From contig DXHL01000032.1 of NCBI GenBank assembly GCA_019113395.1, forward strand, positions 39,034 through 103,033: a DNA stretch of 64,000 nt, given 5' to 3'. This document shows, in pieces, positions 44,481 to 53,855 of this stretch; position 1 is the first letter of the stretch; the number at the start of each line of letters is the position of its first letter. The DNA comes from Candidatus Rikenella faecigallinarum (GTDB lineage Bacteria; Bacteroidota; Bacteroidia; Bacteroidales; Rikenellaceae). A model generated the notes under the pieces. The model worked only from the letters and a program-made list of their open reading frames with translations, was not told the DNA's origin and ran no database searches. Position numbers and translations under genes: made by a program.

Positions 44481-47096
44481 ATGAAAAGAAGCCTGACCAG
44501 CTGGCTGCTGACCGTTGCAACGGTCAGCAGCATCGGTGCAGCACCCGCCATCAAGGTGCAGCCCCGCATGAACTACTTTACCGAACGAGACTCGGCAGCC
44601 TCGATTATCGTGACCGGCACGGCACGTCCCGAACGTGCTGTGCTCGTGGGCAGCGACACGCCGCTCACCCTGACCCGCAGCGGCGAACTGACCTACACCC
44701 TGCCCCTCGATGCGCTCCGCGAAGGGGACAACCAGTTGCAGGTGCGGGTTGCCGACAGCACCTACACCGTGCGGCTGACCCGCCTCCCCTACAAAACGAA
44801 CGGCGTGCAAATCGACTACCTGACGGGCGTACTGCACACCGAAGGACTGCCGATAGTTCCGAGCGGATTCTACTGCTATTCGCCCGTTCAACCCACCCTG
44901 CCCGAAGAGGAGGTGGTTCGCGGCATGAACATGCTCTCGCCCTATCAAAATATCGGAGAGCAACCCCGCAAGGAGCGCATCGCCTATCTCGACCGTGCCG
45001 CCCAACTGGGCATGCGGGTGAACTACAATCTGCTGAGCATTGCCGGTGGCGGTGGGGGCGCCAAGGCTGCCGCAACGGACAAAGCCCGCAAAATGCAGCT
45101 GCTGCGTGAGGAGATTCGCGCCCTCAAGGACCATCCGGCCATCCTCTCCTGGTACGTGGCCGACGAACCCGAAGGACAGGGTATCTCGGCCGAGACCCTC
45201 GAAGAAATCTACGACATTATCCGCTCCGAAGACCCCTACCATCCGATAAGCCTCGTGATTATGTCGGCCGGCCCGGGACGCCACTATGCCGCTTCGTGCG
45301 ACGTGATTATGGCCGACACCTACCCCGTACCGAACTCCTCGGCATCGGATGTTATCGGCACCATTCGGGGGCTGCGCAACGAGTTGCAATACGAAAAATC
45401 CATCTGGTACGTGCCGCAGACCTTCGGCGGAGCCGAATTCTGGCAGCGAGAACCGACCCCGGCCGAAATCCGCATGATGACCTGGGGGGCTACCCTCGAA
45501 GGGGCGCGCGGTTTTCAGGCCTTTATCCGCCACGGGCTCAACGGATTCCCCAAGAACCAGTTTATGTGGGAGACCTACACCAAGACTTGTCGCGAGATTC
45601 AGGAGCTGACTCCCTTCTTCGACCGCGGCACGGAAAGTCAGGTGCGCACGGTGGCCGACAAAGAGTTGATTGCCCGATGCTATACGCTCGGCGAACAGAC
45701 TGCCGTAGTGGTGCTGAATCCGCGTCAGGAGGCCGCCTCATACAAAATCGTGCTGCCGACACCCTTCAACGGCACCGCCTATAACCTATCCGACAACTCG
45801 ACCCTGCCGGTGGTCAATGGAACGATGGACGGAACACTGGCCCCGTTTGGCGTGCAGATTTTCCGCCTCTTCCACAACACCGCCGAGGAACAGGCCTACG
45901 CAGGCAACAATCGTCCCGTCAATCCGAGCAACCTGCTGCTGGACCCCAGTTTCGAATGGCAGTACAGCGTCTCGGGGAACGTACCCGCCTCGGTGTACGG
46001 CGGGGTCGGCAAAGACCGCGGAGCCACTTACGCCATCGACTCCCGCACGGCTTACCACGGCGGCCACTCCCTGCGGATGGTAACCCCTGCGCAAGGGAAA
46101 GGGTCCAAGGTGACCTTCTATCCGCTGCCCCTGCAAATCGGCAAAAGCTACATCATGACCCTCTGGGCCAAAGCCTCGGAAGCCTCGCTCCGACGCCTCA
46201 AAAAGGGAGAGAAGATGCTCTTCCGCGTAAACCTCGGCAACATTCACTCCGAGACCTTCGAACTGACCGACCGCTGGACCCAGTATGAACTGAGCGCCAC
46301 CTACACCACGGCTACCGGCGAAGCCCGTTTTCTGAACTCCTCGCTGGAGCTGCTCAGCCCCGGCACCGCCTGGTTCGACCTGATAGAGGTTGTCCCCGAC
46401 ATGGATTTTTCGGTAGCACCCGACACGGAAGACCCGCGCAGTTTCCGCGTGACGATGAACAACCACATTCCGGGCGGCGAAATTCGCTACACGCTGGACG
46501 GCAGCGAGCCGTCACAGGAATCAGCGCTGTACACCGAGCCGGTCAAAATCAGTGATGTCCGGGTAGTGAAAGCTCGTGTATTCGGTCCCGACGGCCGCAG
46601 CTACGGCATCACCGAACAACAGGTGGCCGCCCACCTGGCACTCGGAGCGCCGGTTACCTGCCTCAAACCCTACACCAAATATACGGGTGGCGGCGACGGG
46701 GCGCTCACTGACGGACGGGTCGGGGCGCTGCGTTTTACCGATGCCGCCTGGCAGGGATATATCGGCAACGACCTCGAAGCGGTGATTGACCTCGGCAAAC
46801 CGACTCCGATACACCGCATCACGTCTCAATACCTGCACTCGAAAGGGGATTGGATTGTCCCGCCGCTCGCGGTAGAATATCTGGTTTCGAACGACGGTAC
46901 CGCTTATGAGTCGCTGGGGGTTATCGAACTGGGCGAAGCGAAAAACGAGCCGACCCACAAGGTGCCGGTGACGCAGGATAACATCGACCGCACGGCACGT
47001 TACATCAAGGTCATTGCCCGCGGTCACGGCAAGATGCCCGCCTGGCACAGTCGGGACGATGCGTGGCTGTTCTGCGACGAGGTGATAGTGGAATAG
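44481..47096 (+). CDS. Secreted multidomain putative glycoside hydrolase (TIM-barrel-like core, CBM4/9-like, chitobiase-C-like and discoidin/F5-8-C-like domains)
   Basis: 871 aa with a signal peptide MKRSLTSWLLTVATVSSIGAAP. Core has LSWYVADEPEG...DVIMADTYP. NLLLDPSFEW...LWAKAS looks like CBM4_9. GGEIRYTLDGSEPSQESALYTEPV looks like the chitobiase C-terminal repeat. The C-terminal roughly 150 aa are discoidin-like. Domain calls are by eye only. Confidence 0.7.
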   Translation: MKRSLTSWLLTVATVSSIGAAPAIKVQPRMNYFTERDSAASIIVTGTARPERAVLVGSDTPLTLTRSGELTYTLPLDALREGDNQLQVRVADSTYTVRLTRLPYKTNGVQIDYLTGVLHTEGLPIVPSGFYCYSPVQPTLPEEEVVRGMNMLSPYQNIGEQPRKERIAYLDRAAQLGMRVNYNLLSIAGGGGGAKAAATDKARKMQLLREEIRALKDHPAILSWYVADEPEGQGISAETLEEIYDIIRSEDPYHPISLVIMSAGPGRHYAASCDVIMADTYPVPNSSASDVIGTIRGLRNELQYEKSIWYVPQTFGGAEFWQREPTPAEIRMMTWGATLEGARGFQAFIRHGLNGFPKNQFMWETYTKTCREIQELTPFFDRGTESQVRTVADKELIARCYTLGEQTAVVVLNPRQEAASYKIVLPTPFNGTAYNLSDNSTLPVVNGTMDGTLAPFGVQIFRLFHNTAEEQAYAGNNRPVNPSNLLLDPSFEWQYSVSGNVPASVYGGVGKDRGATYAIDSRTAYHGGHSLRMVTPAQGKGSKVTFYPLPLQIGKSYIMTLWAKASEASLRRLKKGEKMLFRVNLGNIHSETFELTDRWTQYELSATYTTATGEARFLNSSLELLSPGTAWFDLIEVVPDMDFSVAPDTEDPRSFRVTMNNHIPGGEIRYTLDGSEPSQESALYTEPVKISDVRVVKARVFGPDGRSYGITEQQVAAHLALGAPVTCLKPYTKYTGGGDGALTDGRVGALRFTDAAWQGYIGNDLEAVIDLGKPTPIHRITSQYLHSKGDWIVPPLAVEYLVSNDGTAYESLGVIELGEAKNEPTHKVPVTQDNIDRTARYIKVIARGHGKMPAWHSRDDAWLFCDEVIVE

Positions 47097-47145
47097 ACGG
47101 GCATCGGGTTCCCGTGGCTCAGGGACCGATGCACTGAACAACAAC

Positions 47146-47192
47146 GCGGTCGGAGGCTTTGTCTGGATTCACCAGACAAAGCCTCCGACCGC
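47146..47192. terminator. Bidirectional hairpin between the multidomain hydrolase gene and thiL
   Basis: gcggtcggaggctttgtctgg attca ccagacaaagcctccgaccgc, a 21-bp perfect stem, then gccctgttttt. A second imperfect hairpin lies at 47101-47132. Confidence 0.8.
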
Positions 47193-47212
47193 GCCCTGTT
47201 TTTACGCCTCTC

Positions 47213-48250
47213 CTACTCCGCCTCCCGAGCCGTCCAGTCTGGAGCCTGCAACCGTATCTCACCCCCGTCGGGCGTCACCAACGCCGCACCCTGCGTCGCA
47301 GGAACCATATGTCCAATCACATCCACCCCGGGCATTGCCAACAACTCCTGATGTTTATCCAGCGGTGCCGTAAACAGCAACTCAAAATCATCTCCGCCAT
47401 TGAGAGCCGCCACCACCGGGTCGATATGCATCTCCTCAGCCATGCGGAAGGTCTCCGAGGCTATCGGTATCCGATTCAGGTAGATGCGCACCCCGACATC
47501 CGAGCGGTGGCACAGGTGCAACGCCGCCGATGCCAGCCCCCGTGTCACGTCAATCATCGCCGTGGGGTGAATTTCCGCCTCACGCAACTGCTCCAGCACA
47601 TCCACCCGCGCTTCGGGCTTCAACTGACGCTGCAAGATATAGGCATCCTCCTTCCCAATCTCGGGACGGCTCACCTGATTCCCTTTCAGCACCCGTTTCT
47701 CGCGCTCCAACAACTGCAAGCCCATATAGGCAGCCCCCAGATTCCCCGTCACACAGAGCAAATCCCGATTCTGCGCGCCGCTGCGCAGGGTCAGCTCCGC
47801 TTCGGTCGTCTTCCCGATAACCGTCGCCCCGAGATTCAGCCCCGTCAGCGAGGCCGAGGTATTCCCGCCTATCAAGGTCAATTTATACTCGTCGGTAGCC
47901 CGCTTAATCCCATCGTACAAGGCCGTGGCATCCTCCACCGCAAAACGGGCCGACAGCCCGATACTCACGGTCAGGTAGTCCGCCCGCGCATTCATGGCAC
48001 AGATATTCGACACGGCCGCTACCACCAACTTATACCCCAAATGCTCCAAGGGCGTATAGGTCAGGTCGAAGTCGATGCCCTCGAGCATCGTCGTCTGGCT
48101 CACCACCTCGAGCCACGTGCCGCGGTCTATCACCGCCGCATCGTCACCAATCCCCTGGCGGATATGGCTGTTGCTGTTGGTCGTAAAGGGTTGGGTCAGG
48201 CGCTCCACAAACGCCACTTTTCCCAGTGCAGCTATTTCTGTACGGCTCAT
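47213..48250 (-). CDS. thiL: Thiamine-monophosphate kinase
   Basis: 345 aa. GIGDDAAVID (AIR-synthase-like N-terminal domain) and GGDDFELLFT. Confidence 0.9.
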   Translation of the reverse strand: MSRTEIAALGKVAFVERLTQPFTTNSNSHIRQGIGDDAAVIDRGTWLEVVSQTTMLEGIDFDLTYTPLEHLGYKLVVAAVSNICAMNARADYLTVSIGLSARFAVEDATALYDGIKRATDEYKLTLIGGNTSASLTGLNLGATVIGKTTEAELTLRSGAQNRDLLCVTGNLGAAYMGLQLLEREKRVLKGNQVSRPEIGKEDAYILQRQLKPEARVDVLEQLREAEIHPTAMIDVTRGLASAALHLCHRSDVGVRIYLNRIPIASETFRMAEEMHIDPVVAALNGGDDFELLFTAPLDKHQELLAMPGVDVIGHMVPATQGAALVTPDGGEIRLQAPDWTAREAE

Positions 48251-48378
48251 TTTCGTAGGTGTGTAAAGGTTTTTTGCAAATTTAAGATTAAAAAAATAAC
48301 TTTACCACTTCGTTCGGCCGCCATCACACCATGGCGCCGCGAACTCGACGGATGTCAAAAGTTTAACGTTTATATCGC

Positions 48379-48954
48379 ATGCTGAATATCGTACTGTTTG
48401 GCCCTCCGGGGGCCGGGAAAGGAACCCAGGCCGAAAAACTTCAACAAAAATACGGAATCCTCCACCTCTCGACCGGTGAAGTAATCCGCCAGGAAATGAA
48501 CCGCGGTTCGGAACTGGGACGCCTCGCCGCCCAACAGATGGAAGGCGGCAAACTCGCCTCGGACGAACTGGTGCTCGGCATCATCGAAAACTACCTCCAG
48601 GAACACCGCACCGCGCCGGGAGTGATTTTCGACGGTTTTCCGCGTACGCTGCCCCAGGCCGAAGCCTTCGACAGCATGCTCAAGAAAATCGGCACACAAG
48701 TGACTGTGATGCTGGCCCTGGACGTGCCCGACGAGGTGGTTACCGAACGCATCCTGACCCGCGGCAAAACCAGCGGACGCGCCGATGACCAGAGCCTCGA
48801 GACCATCCAAAACCGCATCGCCGTCTACAAAAAACAGACGGCCGTAGTGGCGGACTTCTACAAAAAACAGGACAAGTTCCGTGCCGTGAACGGCGTCGGA
48901 ACGATTGACGAAATTTTCGACCGCCTGTGCGCGGCCATTGATGCGTTGCGATAG
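48379..48954 (+). CDS. adk: Adenylate kinase (short lid form)
   Basis: 191 aa. MLNIVLFGPPGAGKGTQAEKL, GFPRTLPQAEA, TRGKTSGRADD. Confidence 0.96.
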   Translation: MLNIVLFGPPGAGKGTQAEKLQQKYGILHLSTGEVIRQEMNRGSELGRLAAQQMEGGKLASDELVLGIIENYLQEHRTAPGVIFDGFPRTLPQAEAFDSMLKKIGTQVTVMLALDVPDEVVTERILTRGKTSGRADDQSLETIQNRIAVYKKQTAVVADFYKKQDKFRAVNGVGTIDEIFDRLCAAIDALR

Positions 48955-48979
48955 CCATTGCAACGACATGATACTCCGA

Positions 48980-49013
48980 GCGGGGCGGGTACACACGTGT
49001 GTACCCGCCCCGC
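48980..49013 (+). terminator. Hairpin after adk
   Basis: gcggggcgggtacacac gtgtgtacccgccccgc, a 34-nt perfect palindrome, then cgtgttt. Confidence 0.7.
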
Positions 49014-49042
49014 CGTGTTTACCACATTCCGAATATTTACCG

Positions 49043-49050
49043 TACCTTTG
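49043..49050 (+). promoter_or_regulatory. -7 box TAccTTTG for the DEAD-box helicase gene
   Basis: Exact TAnnTTTG, 159 nt upstream of ATG 49209. This implies a long leader. Confidence 0.5.
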
Positions 49051-49208
49051 CACGGATATAAAAGAAACTGTTCGGGTTTTCAAGAAGCGGGAAAGTCGGA
49101 ATGGTTTCGCTGCGCATCCACTGTCACCATGCGCATCGGCGGGCACACACTACCTCCGTGAGGAGCATGACCGATCGCCACCCCCCGTACTACCGCAAAA
49201 ACACCGAC

Positions 49209-50936
49209 ATGCAGTTAGAAGAATTCGAAGAACTGGGTCTCTCGCCGCGCACCCTTGAAGCATTGGCGGCCAAAGGTTTCGAGACCCCCTCACCCATCCA
49301 GCGCCTCACCATTCCGGTGATGCTCGAGGACCGACACGACATCATCGCCCAGGCCCAGACCGGAACCGGGAAAACCGCCGCCTTCGGGCTGCCGATAGTG
49401 GAGTTGCTCGAACCGCAGCCCCGCACCGTACAGGCACTGATACTGGCCCCCACACGCGAACTGGCCATTCAGGTCAATGACGAGATACAGTCGTTCCGTC
49501 GCGGCGACCTGCGCGTGACCCCGATATACGGAGGAGCCGCCATGAACGAACAGTTGCGCCGCCTGAAAAGCGGCGTGGACATTGTGGTAGGGACTCCGGG
49601 GCGTATCCTAGACCACCTGCGACGCGGCACGCTCAACCTCTCGGGACTGCGCTGGCTGGTGCTCGACGAGGCCGACGAGATGCTCAACATGGGCTTTATC
49701 GACGATGTGGACGAGATTCTGAGCTACGCCCCCGACCAGCGGCGCATCTTTCTCTTTTCGGCCACGATGCCCGAACGCATTGCCGACCTCGCAAAAAAAT
49801 ACATGCACGAGGTCGAGGTGCTGAAGGTCGAAAACAAACAGGTCACCACGGACCTTACCGACCAAATCTATTTCGAAGTCCGCGAGAGCGACAAGTTCGA
49901 AGCCCTGACCCGCATTATCGACGTTGAAAACGACTTCTACGGGATTATCTTCTGCCGCACAAAAGTGGCCGTGGACCAACTGGTAAACAGCCTGCTCGAA
50001 CGGGGCTATGCGGCCGAGGGGCTGCACGGCGACGTCTCGCAGGCCCAACGCGAAAAGATACTCCGCAAATTCAAACGCCGGCATGCCAACATTCTGGTAG
50101 CCACGGACGTAGCGGCACGCGGCATCGACGTATCGAACCTCACGCACGTCATCAACTACTCGCTGCCTCAGGACCCCGAGTCGTACGTTCACCGCATCGG
50201 TCGAACGGGACGTGCCGGACACGAGGGGACAGCCATCACCTTTATCTCGCCGGCCGAGAACCGGCAGTTCCTCTTCATGCAGCGGCAGGTCAAAGCCGAC
50301 ATCCGCAAGGAGACCCTCCCCACGGGGCACGACATTGTGGAGATGAAGAAGCTGAAAATCAAGGACGACCTGGCCGAGATTGTCGAAGAGGAGTCCTACA
50401 CGGGCTACGACGAAATGGCACGCGAGTTGCTCTCCGATTTGGAGCCTGAGGTGGCTTTGGCCGCGCTGTTGCGGTTGGCTTTCAAGAACGAACTGGACGA
50501 GAGCAGCTATCCCGAGATACGCCGCATCGACGTGGACCGACGCGGCACGGCACGCCTCTTTATCGGCCTGGGCAAGGCCGACGGCTATCGCCCCAAAACA
50601 CTGGTCGAGCTCCTTTCGCGCGAGTGCGGCATCCCGCAGCAGAAGATTGACGACGTGAAATGCATGGAGGAGTTCTCGTTTGCAACGATACCGTTCCGCG
50701 ATGCCGAAGCGGCCATGAAGAAGCTCAACTCGCTGCGCGAACTGGCCAATGACGACCGTCCGCTGGCCAAGTTGGCTAAGGAACCTGACAAGAAGAGCGA
50801 CCGCAACCCGAGCGGCATTGCCGACAGGGGTCGCAACTACCGTCGTCGGGACGACGGCGATGGCGGAGGACGAGGACGCGGTGCCGCACGTCAGGCGTTC
50901 GTCCCGCGCCGCGACCACAGCCGACGCAAACACTAA
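49209..50936 (+). CDS. DEAD-box ATP-dependent RNA helicase (DeaD/CsdA-like) with DbpA-type RNA-binding domain and Arg/Gly-rich tail
   Basis: Trimmed to ATG 49209 (MQLEEFEELGLSP); ATG 49167 is an alternative. Q motif, AQTGTGKTAAF, VLDEADEM, SAT, HRIGRTGRAG. Tail RNYRRRDDGDGGGRGRG. Confidence 0.93.
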   Translation: MQLEEFEELGLSPRTLEALAAKGFETPSPIQRLTIPVMLEDRHDIIAQAQTGTGKTAAFGLPIVELLEPQPRTVQALILAPTRELAIQVNDEIQSFRRGDLRVTPIYGGAAMNEQLRRLKSGVDIVVGTPGRILDHLRRGTLNLSGLRWLVLDEADEMLNMGFIDDVDEILSYAPDQRRIFLFSATMPERIADLAKKYMHEVEVLKVENKQVTTDLTDQIYFEVRESDKFEALTRIIDVENDFYGIIFCRTKVAVDQLVNSLLERGYAAEGLHGDVSQAQREKILRKFKRRHANILVATDVAARGIDVSNLTHVINYSLPQDPESYVHRIGRTGRAGHEGTAITFISPAENRQFLFMQRQVKADIRKETLPTGHDIVEMKKLKIKDDLAEIVEEESYTGYDEMARELLSDLEPEVALAALLRLAFKNELDESSYPEIRRIDVDRRGTARLFIGLGKADGYRPKTLVELLSRECGIPQQKIDDVKCMEEFSFATIPFRDAEAAMKKLNSLRELANDDRPLAKLAKEPDKKSDRNPSGIADRGRNYRRRDDGDGGGRGRGAARQAFVPRRDHSRRKH

Positions 50937-50986
50937 ACAGACTCTTTGTTCTCATCAATCGTATCATTCTCACATAATCCACACAC

Positions 50987-52096
50987 ATGAAAACGACCGC
51001 ATTTACCCCGCACCACATCGCTGCGGGAGCCAAAATGGCTGAATTTGCCGGTTACCACATGCCGATAGAGTTCAGCGGCATCAACGACGAACACGCGACC
51101 GTTCGCGAAAAGGTCGGAGTCTTCGACGTGAGCCACATGGGTGAAATCTGGGTCAAGGGCCCGAAGGCACTCCCCTTCCTGCAATATGTCACCTCGAACG
51201 ATGTCTCGGTGCTGTACGACGGCAAGGTACAGTACTCCTGCTTCCCGAACGGACGGGGCGGGATTGTGGACGACCTGCTGGTCTACCGCATCGATGCCGA
51301 GACCTACCTGCTAGTGGTCAATGCCGCCAACACGGACAAAGACTGGGCTTTCCTCTGCGAACATGCCCCGAAATTCGGGCTGACACCGGGCAAGGAGCTC
51401 TACAACGCCTCGGACGAGATTGCGCAGCTGGCCGTACAGGGACCGCTGGCCATGGACCTCGTGCAGGAGCTGTGCCCCGACCGTGACGTAAAGTCGATGG
51501 AGTACTACACCTTCTGCAAAACAACTGTAGCAGGCATCCCGAATGCCATTCTCTCCATCACCGGGTACACCGGGGCCGGCGGTTGCGAAATCTACGTGGC
51601 CAACGAAGACGCCGAAAAACTCTGGAACGCGCTGTGGGCCGCCGGAGAGAAATATGGCCTGAAAAACATCGGGCTCGGGGCACGCGACACCCTGCGTCTG
51701 GAGATGGGTTTCTGCCTCTACGGCAACGACCTGGACGACACCACCTCCCCCATCGAAGCGGGTCTGGGGTGGATTACCAAATTTACGGAAGCCAAAGGCG
51801 ACTTTATTGACCGTGCGCTGCTCGAACGCCAGAAAAGCGAAGGCGTACAGCGCAAACTGGTAGGTTTTGAGATGATTGAACGCGGCATTCCTCGCCACGG
51901 CTACGAAGTGGCTGCCCCGAACGGCGACATCATCGGTACGGTAACCTCAGGCACCCAATCCCCCAGCCTGAAGAAAGGGGTGGGGCTGGCCTATGTGAAA
52001 CCCGAGTTCTCGAAAGCCGGCACCGAGATTGCCATCGTGATTCGCGGCAAACTGGTGAAGGCACAGGTGGTGCGCCCGCCGTTCTACAAAAAATAG
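50987..52096 (+). CDS. gcvT: Glycine cleavage system aminomethyltransferase GcvT
   Basis: 369 aa. [34 protein letters not shown] and [19 protein letters not shown]. Confidence 0.95.
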   Translation: MKTTAFTPHHIAAGAKMAEFAGYHMPIEFSGINDEHATVREKVGVFDVSHMGEIWVKGPKALPFLQYVTSNDVSVLYDGKVQYSCFPNGRGGIVDDLLVYRIDAETYLLVVNAANTDKDWAFLCEHAPKFGLTPGKELYNASDEIAQLAVQGPLAMDLVQELCPDRDVKSMEYYTFCKTTVAGIPNAILSITGYTGAGGCEIYVANEDAEKLWNALWAAGEKYGLKNIGLGARDTLRLEMGFCLYGNDLDDTTSPIEAGLGWITKFTEAKGDFIDRALLERQKSEGVQRKLVGFEMIERGIPRHGYEVAAPNGDIIGTVTSGTQSPSLKKGVGLAYVKPEFSKAGTEIAIVIRGKLVKAQVVRPPFYKK

Positions 52097-52121
52097 GCCT
52101 TCGTGCCCCCTGACTACCCGC

Positions 52122-52160
52122 GCGGGCTGGAACTTCACAGTTCCAGCCCGCCTCTTTTTT
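52122..52160 (+). terminator. Intrinsic terminator after gcvT
   Basis: gcgggctggaact tcac agttccagcccgc followed by ctctttttt. Confidence 0.85.
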
Positions 52161-52209
52161 CGCCCGCACCTGCCCGCATTTCCACCGAAAATCCCTACCT
52201 TTATCCCCG

Positions 52210-52305
52210 TCTTCATAGGGGTGCTCCGCCAATCTTCTCACCACGCGGGGCTGAGATTATACCCGTAGAACCTGATGCGGATAATGCCGCCGTAGGGAAC
52301 AGGGT
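52210..52305 (+). promoter_or_regulatory. TPP (THI-box) riboswitch
   Basis: AUAGGGGUGC (52215-52224) ... GGCUGAGAUUAUACCCGUAGAACCUGAUGCGGAUAAUGCCGCCGUAGGGAA (52249-52299). This matches the conserved cores of the E. coli thiM aptamer nearly base for base (GGGGUGC, CUGAGA, ACCCGUA..ACCUGAU..GGAUAAUGCC.GCGUAGGGAA). Sits about 100 nt upstream of thi4. A small hairpin (gttaaaca/tgtttaac, 52306-52325) follows. Confidence 0.93.
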
Positions 52306-52400
52306 GTTAAACAGTTCTTGTTTAACGCGGTCGGTCGGCTCGTCGAGCGTGCGCCTCTATGCGCCCGACACCGACCGATGCCACAAAGCCATTTCCAACC

Positions 52401-53171
52401 ATGGAAACACTCGTATCGCTCGGAATCGTGGAAAACTATTTCGAGAAACTTAAAAACAACCTCTCGGTCGATGCCGCCATCGTGGGCGGCGGACCCTCGG
52501 GACTCGTTGCCGCCTACTATCTGGCCCGGGCCGGAAAACGCGTCGTCCTCTACGAACGCAAACTCGCTCCCGGAGGAGGCATGTGGGGCGGAGCCATGAT
52601 GTTCAACGACATCATCGTGCAACAGGAAGCCCTGCCCATCCTCGACGAACTCGGCGTCAGCTACAAACCCTACCGCGACGGTGCCTGCGTGGTCGATTCG
52701 GTTCACGCCACCTCGGCACTGGTCTATGCCGCCACCAAAGCCGGAGCCACTATCTTCAACTGTTACTCGGTCGAGGATGTGATTTTCCGGGACGAGGCCG
52801 TGGCCGGACTGGTTGTGAACTGGGCCCCCGTCATGCGCGAAGGGATGCACGTAGACCCCCTGATGGTCACGGCCAAAACCGTGCTCGAAGGGACGGGCCA
52901 CGACTGCATGATAGCACGCCTGGTTGCCCGTAAAAACAATGTCCGTCTCAACACCCCCACGGGCGAAGTGGCCGGAGAACGGTCGCTGAATGTCGAAGAG
53001 GGCGAACGACTCACCGTCGAAAACACCAAGGAGATTTACCCCGGGCTCTTTGTGAGCGGCATGGCGGCCAACGGCGTAAGCGGCAGTTTCCGCATGGGGC
53101 CGATTTTCGGAGGGATGCTCCTGTCGGGCAAAAAAGCGGCTGAACTGATGATTGCGAAAATCAATGGATAA
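52401..53171 (+). CDS. thi4: Thiazole synthase Thi4 family (archaeal-type, His in place of the suicide Cys)
   Basis: Trimmed to ATG 52401 (METLVSLGIVENYFEKL). 256 aa. FAD/NAD motif AAIVGGGPSGL, then NWAPVMREGMHVDPL, TGHDC, SFRMGPIFGGMLLSG. Confidence 0.9.
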   Translation: METLVSLGIVENYFEKLKNNLSVDAAIVGGGPSGLVAAYYLARAGKRVVLYERKLAPGGGMWGGAMMFNDIIVQQEALPILDELGVSYKPYRDGACVVDSVHATSALVYAATKAGATIFNCYSVEDVIFRDEAVAGLVVNWAPVMREGMHVDPLMVTAKTVLEGTGHDCMIARLVARKNNVRLNTPTGEVAGERSLNVEEGERLTVENTKEIYPGLFVSGMAANGVSGSFRMGPIFGGMLLSGKKAAELMIAKING

Positions 53172-53784
53172 TTTCGGTCTGTATGTCATTCTGACGCGCC
53201 CGGCCATCGGGCACGTCGCAGCGGCCGAGATAGCGGTCCGCTGCGGCGTGCGGATGCTGCAACTACGCGAAAAGGATATGTCGGACGGTGAGTTGCTGCG
53301 CACCGCCCGCGAGCTGCGGGCGGTGACGCGCGGCACGCAGACCCGACTGATTATCAACGACCGCCCCGACATCGCCCTGCTGAGCGAGGCCGACGGCGTA
53401 CACGTCGGCCAAAGCGACCTGAGTGTCAGCGATGTGCGGCGTATAGTCGGAGAGCGCATGACAGTCGGGCTCTCGACCCACTCCATCGAACAGGCCACCG
53501 AAGCCCAAACCCTCTCGGGGGTCGATTACATCGGTTTTGGTCCTGTCTATCCCACCACAACCAAGGCCGTGCCCGACCCGGTGGTCGGCACGGCCCTCCT
53601 GCGGCAGGTGCTCGCCTTCTCGCACCTGCCTGTGGTCGCTATCGGGGGCATCTTCCCCGAGAATGTGGAGACCGTCACGGCCGCCGGTGCGCGGAACCTC
53701 TGTCTGGTACGGCACTTCATGGCGCCGACAGACCCTGCAGAGGTCGAGCGGCGCATCCGACAGGTACAGCGTCTCCTGCTCTAA
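53164..53784 (+). CDS. thiE: Thiamine-phosphate synthase
   Basis: The track start at 53152 is TTG. ATG 53164 overlaps the thi4 stop (ATGGATAA). LQLREKD, GVHVGQSD, IGFGPVYPTTTK, PVVAIGGI. Confidence 0.9.
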   Translation: MDNFGLYVILTRPAIGHVAAAEIAVRCGVRMLQLREKDMSDGELLRTARELRAVTRGTQTRLIINDRPDIALLSEADGVHVGQSDLSVSDVRRIVGERMTVGLSTHSIEQATEAQTLSGVDYIGFGPVYPTTTKAVPDPVVGTALLRQVLAFSHLPVVAIGGIFPENVETVTAAGARNLCLVRHFMAPTDPAEVERRIRQVQRLLL

Positions 53785-53788
53785 AACC

Positions 53789-53828
53789 ATTCGGGGCGAT
53801 TGGCTTTCATCAGCCAATCGCCCCGAAT
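53789..53828. terminator. Bidirectional hairpin between thiE and the alkD-like gene
   Basis: attcggggcgattggct ttcatc agccaatcgccccgaat. A 17-bp perfect stem. Confidence 0.8.
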
Positions 53829-53855
53829 CTTTTCCGTCCGGCCGCTATCCCTCTC

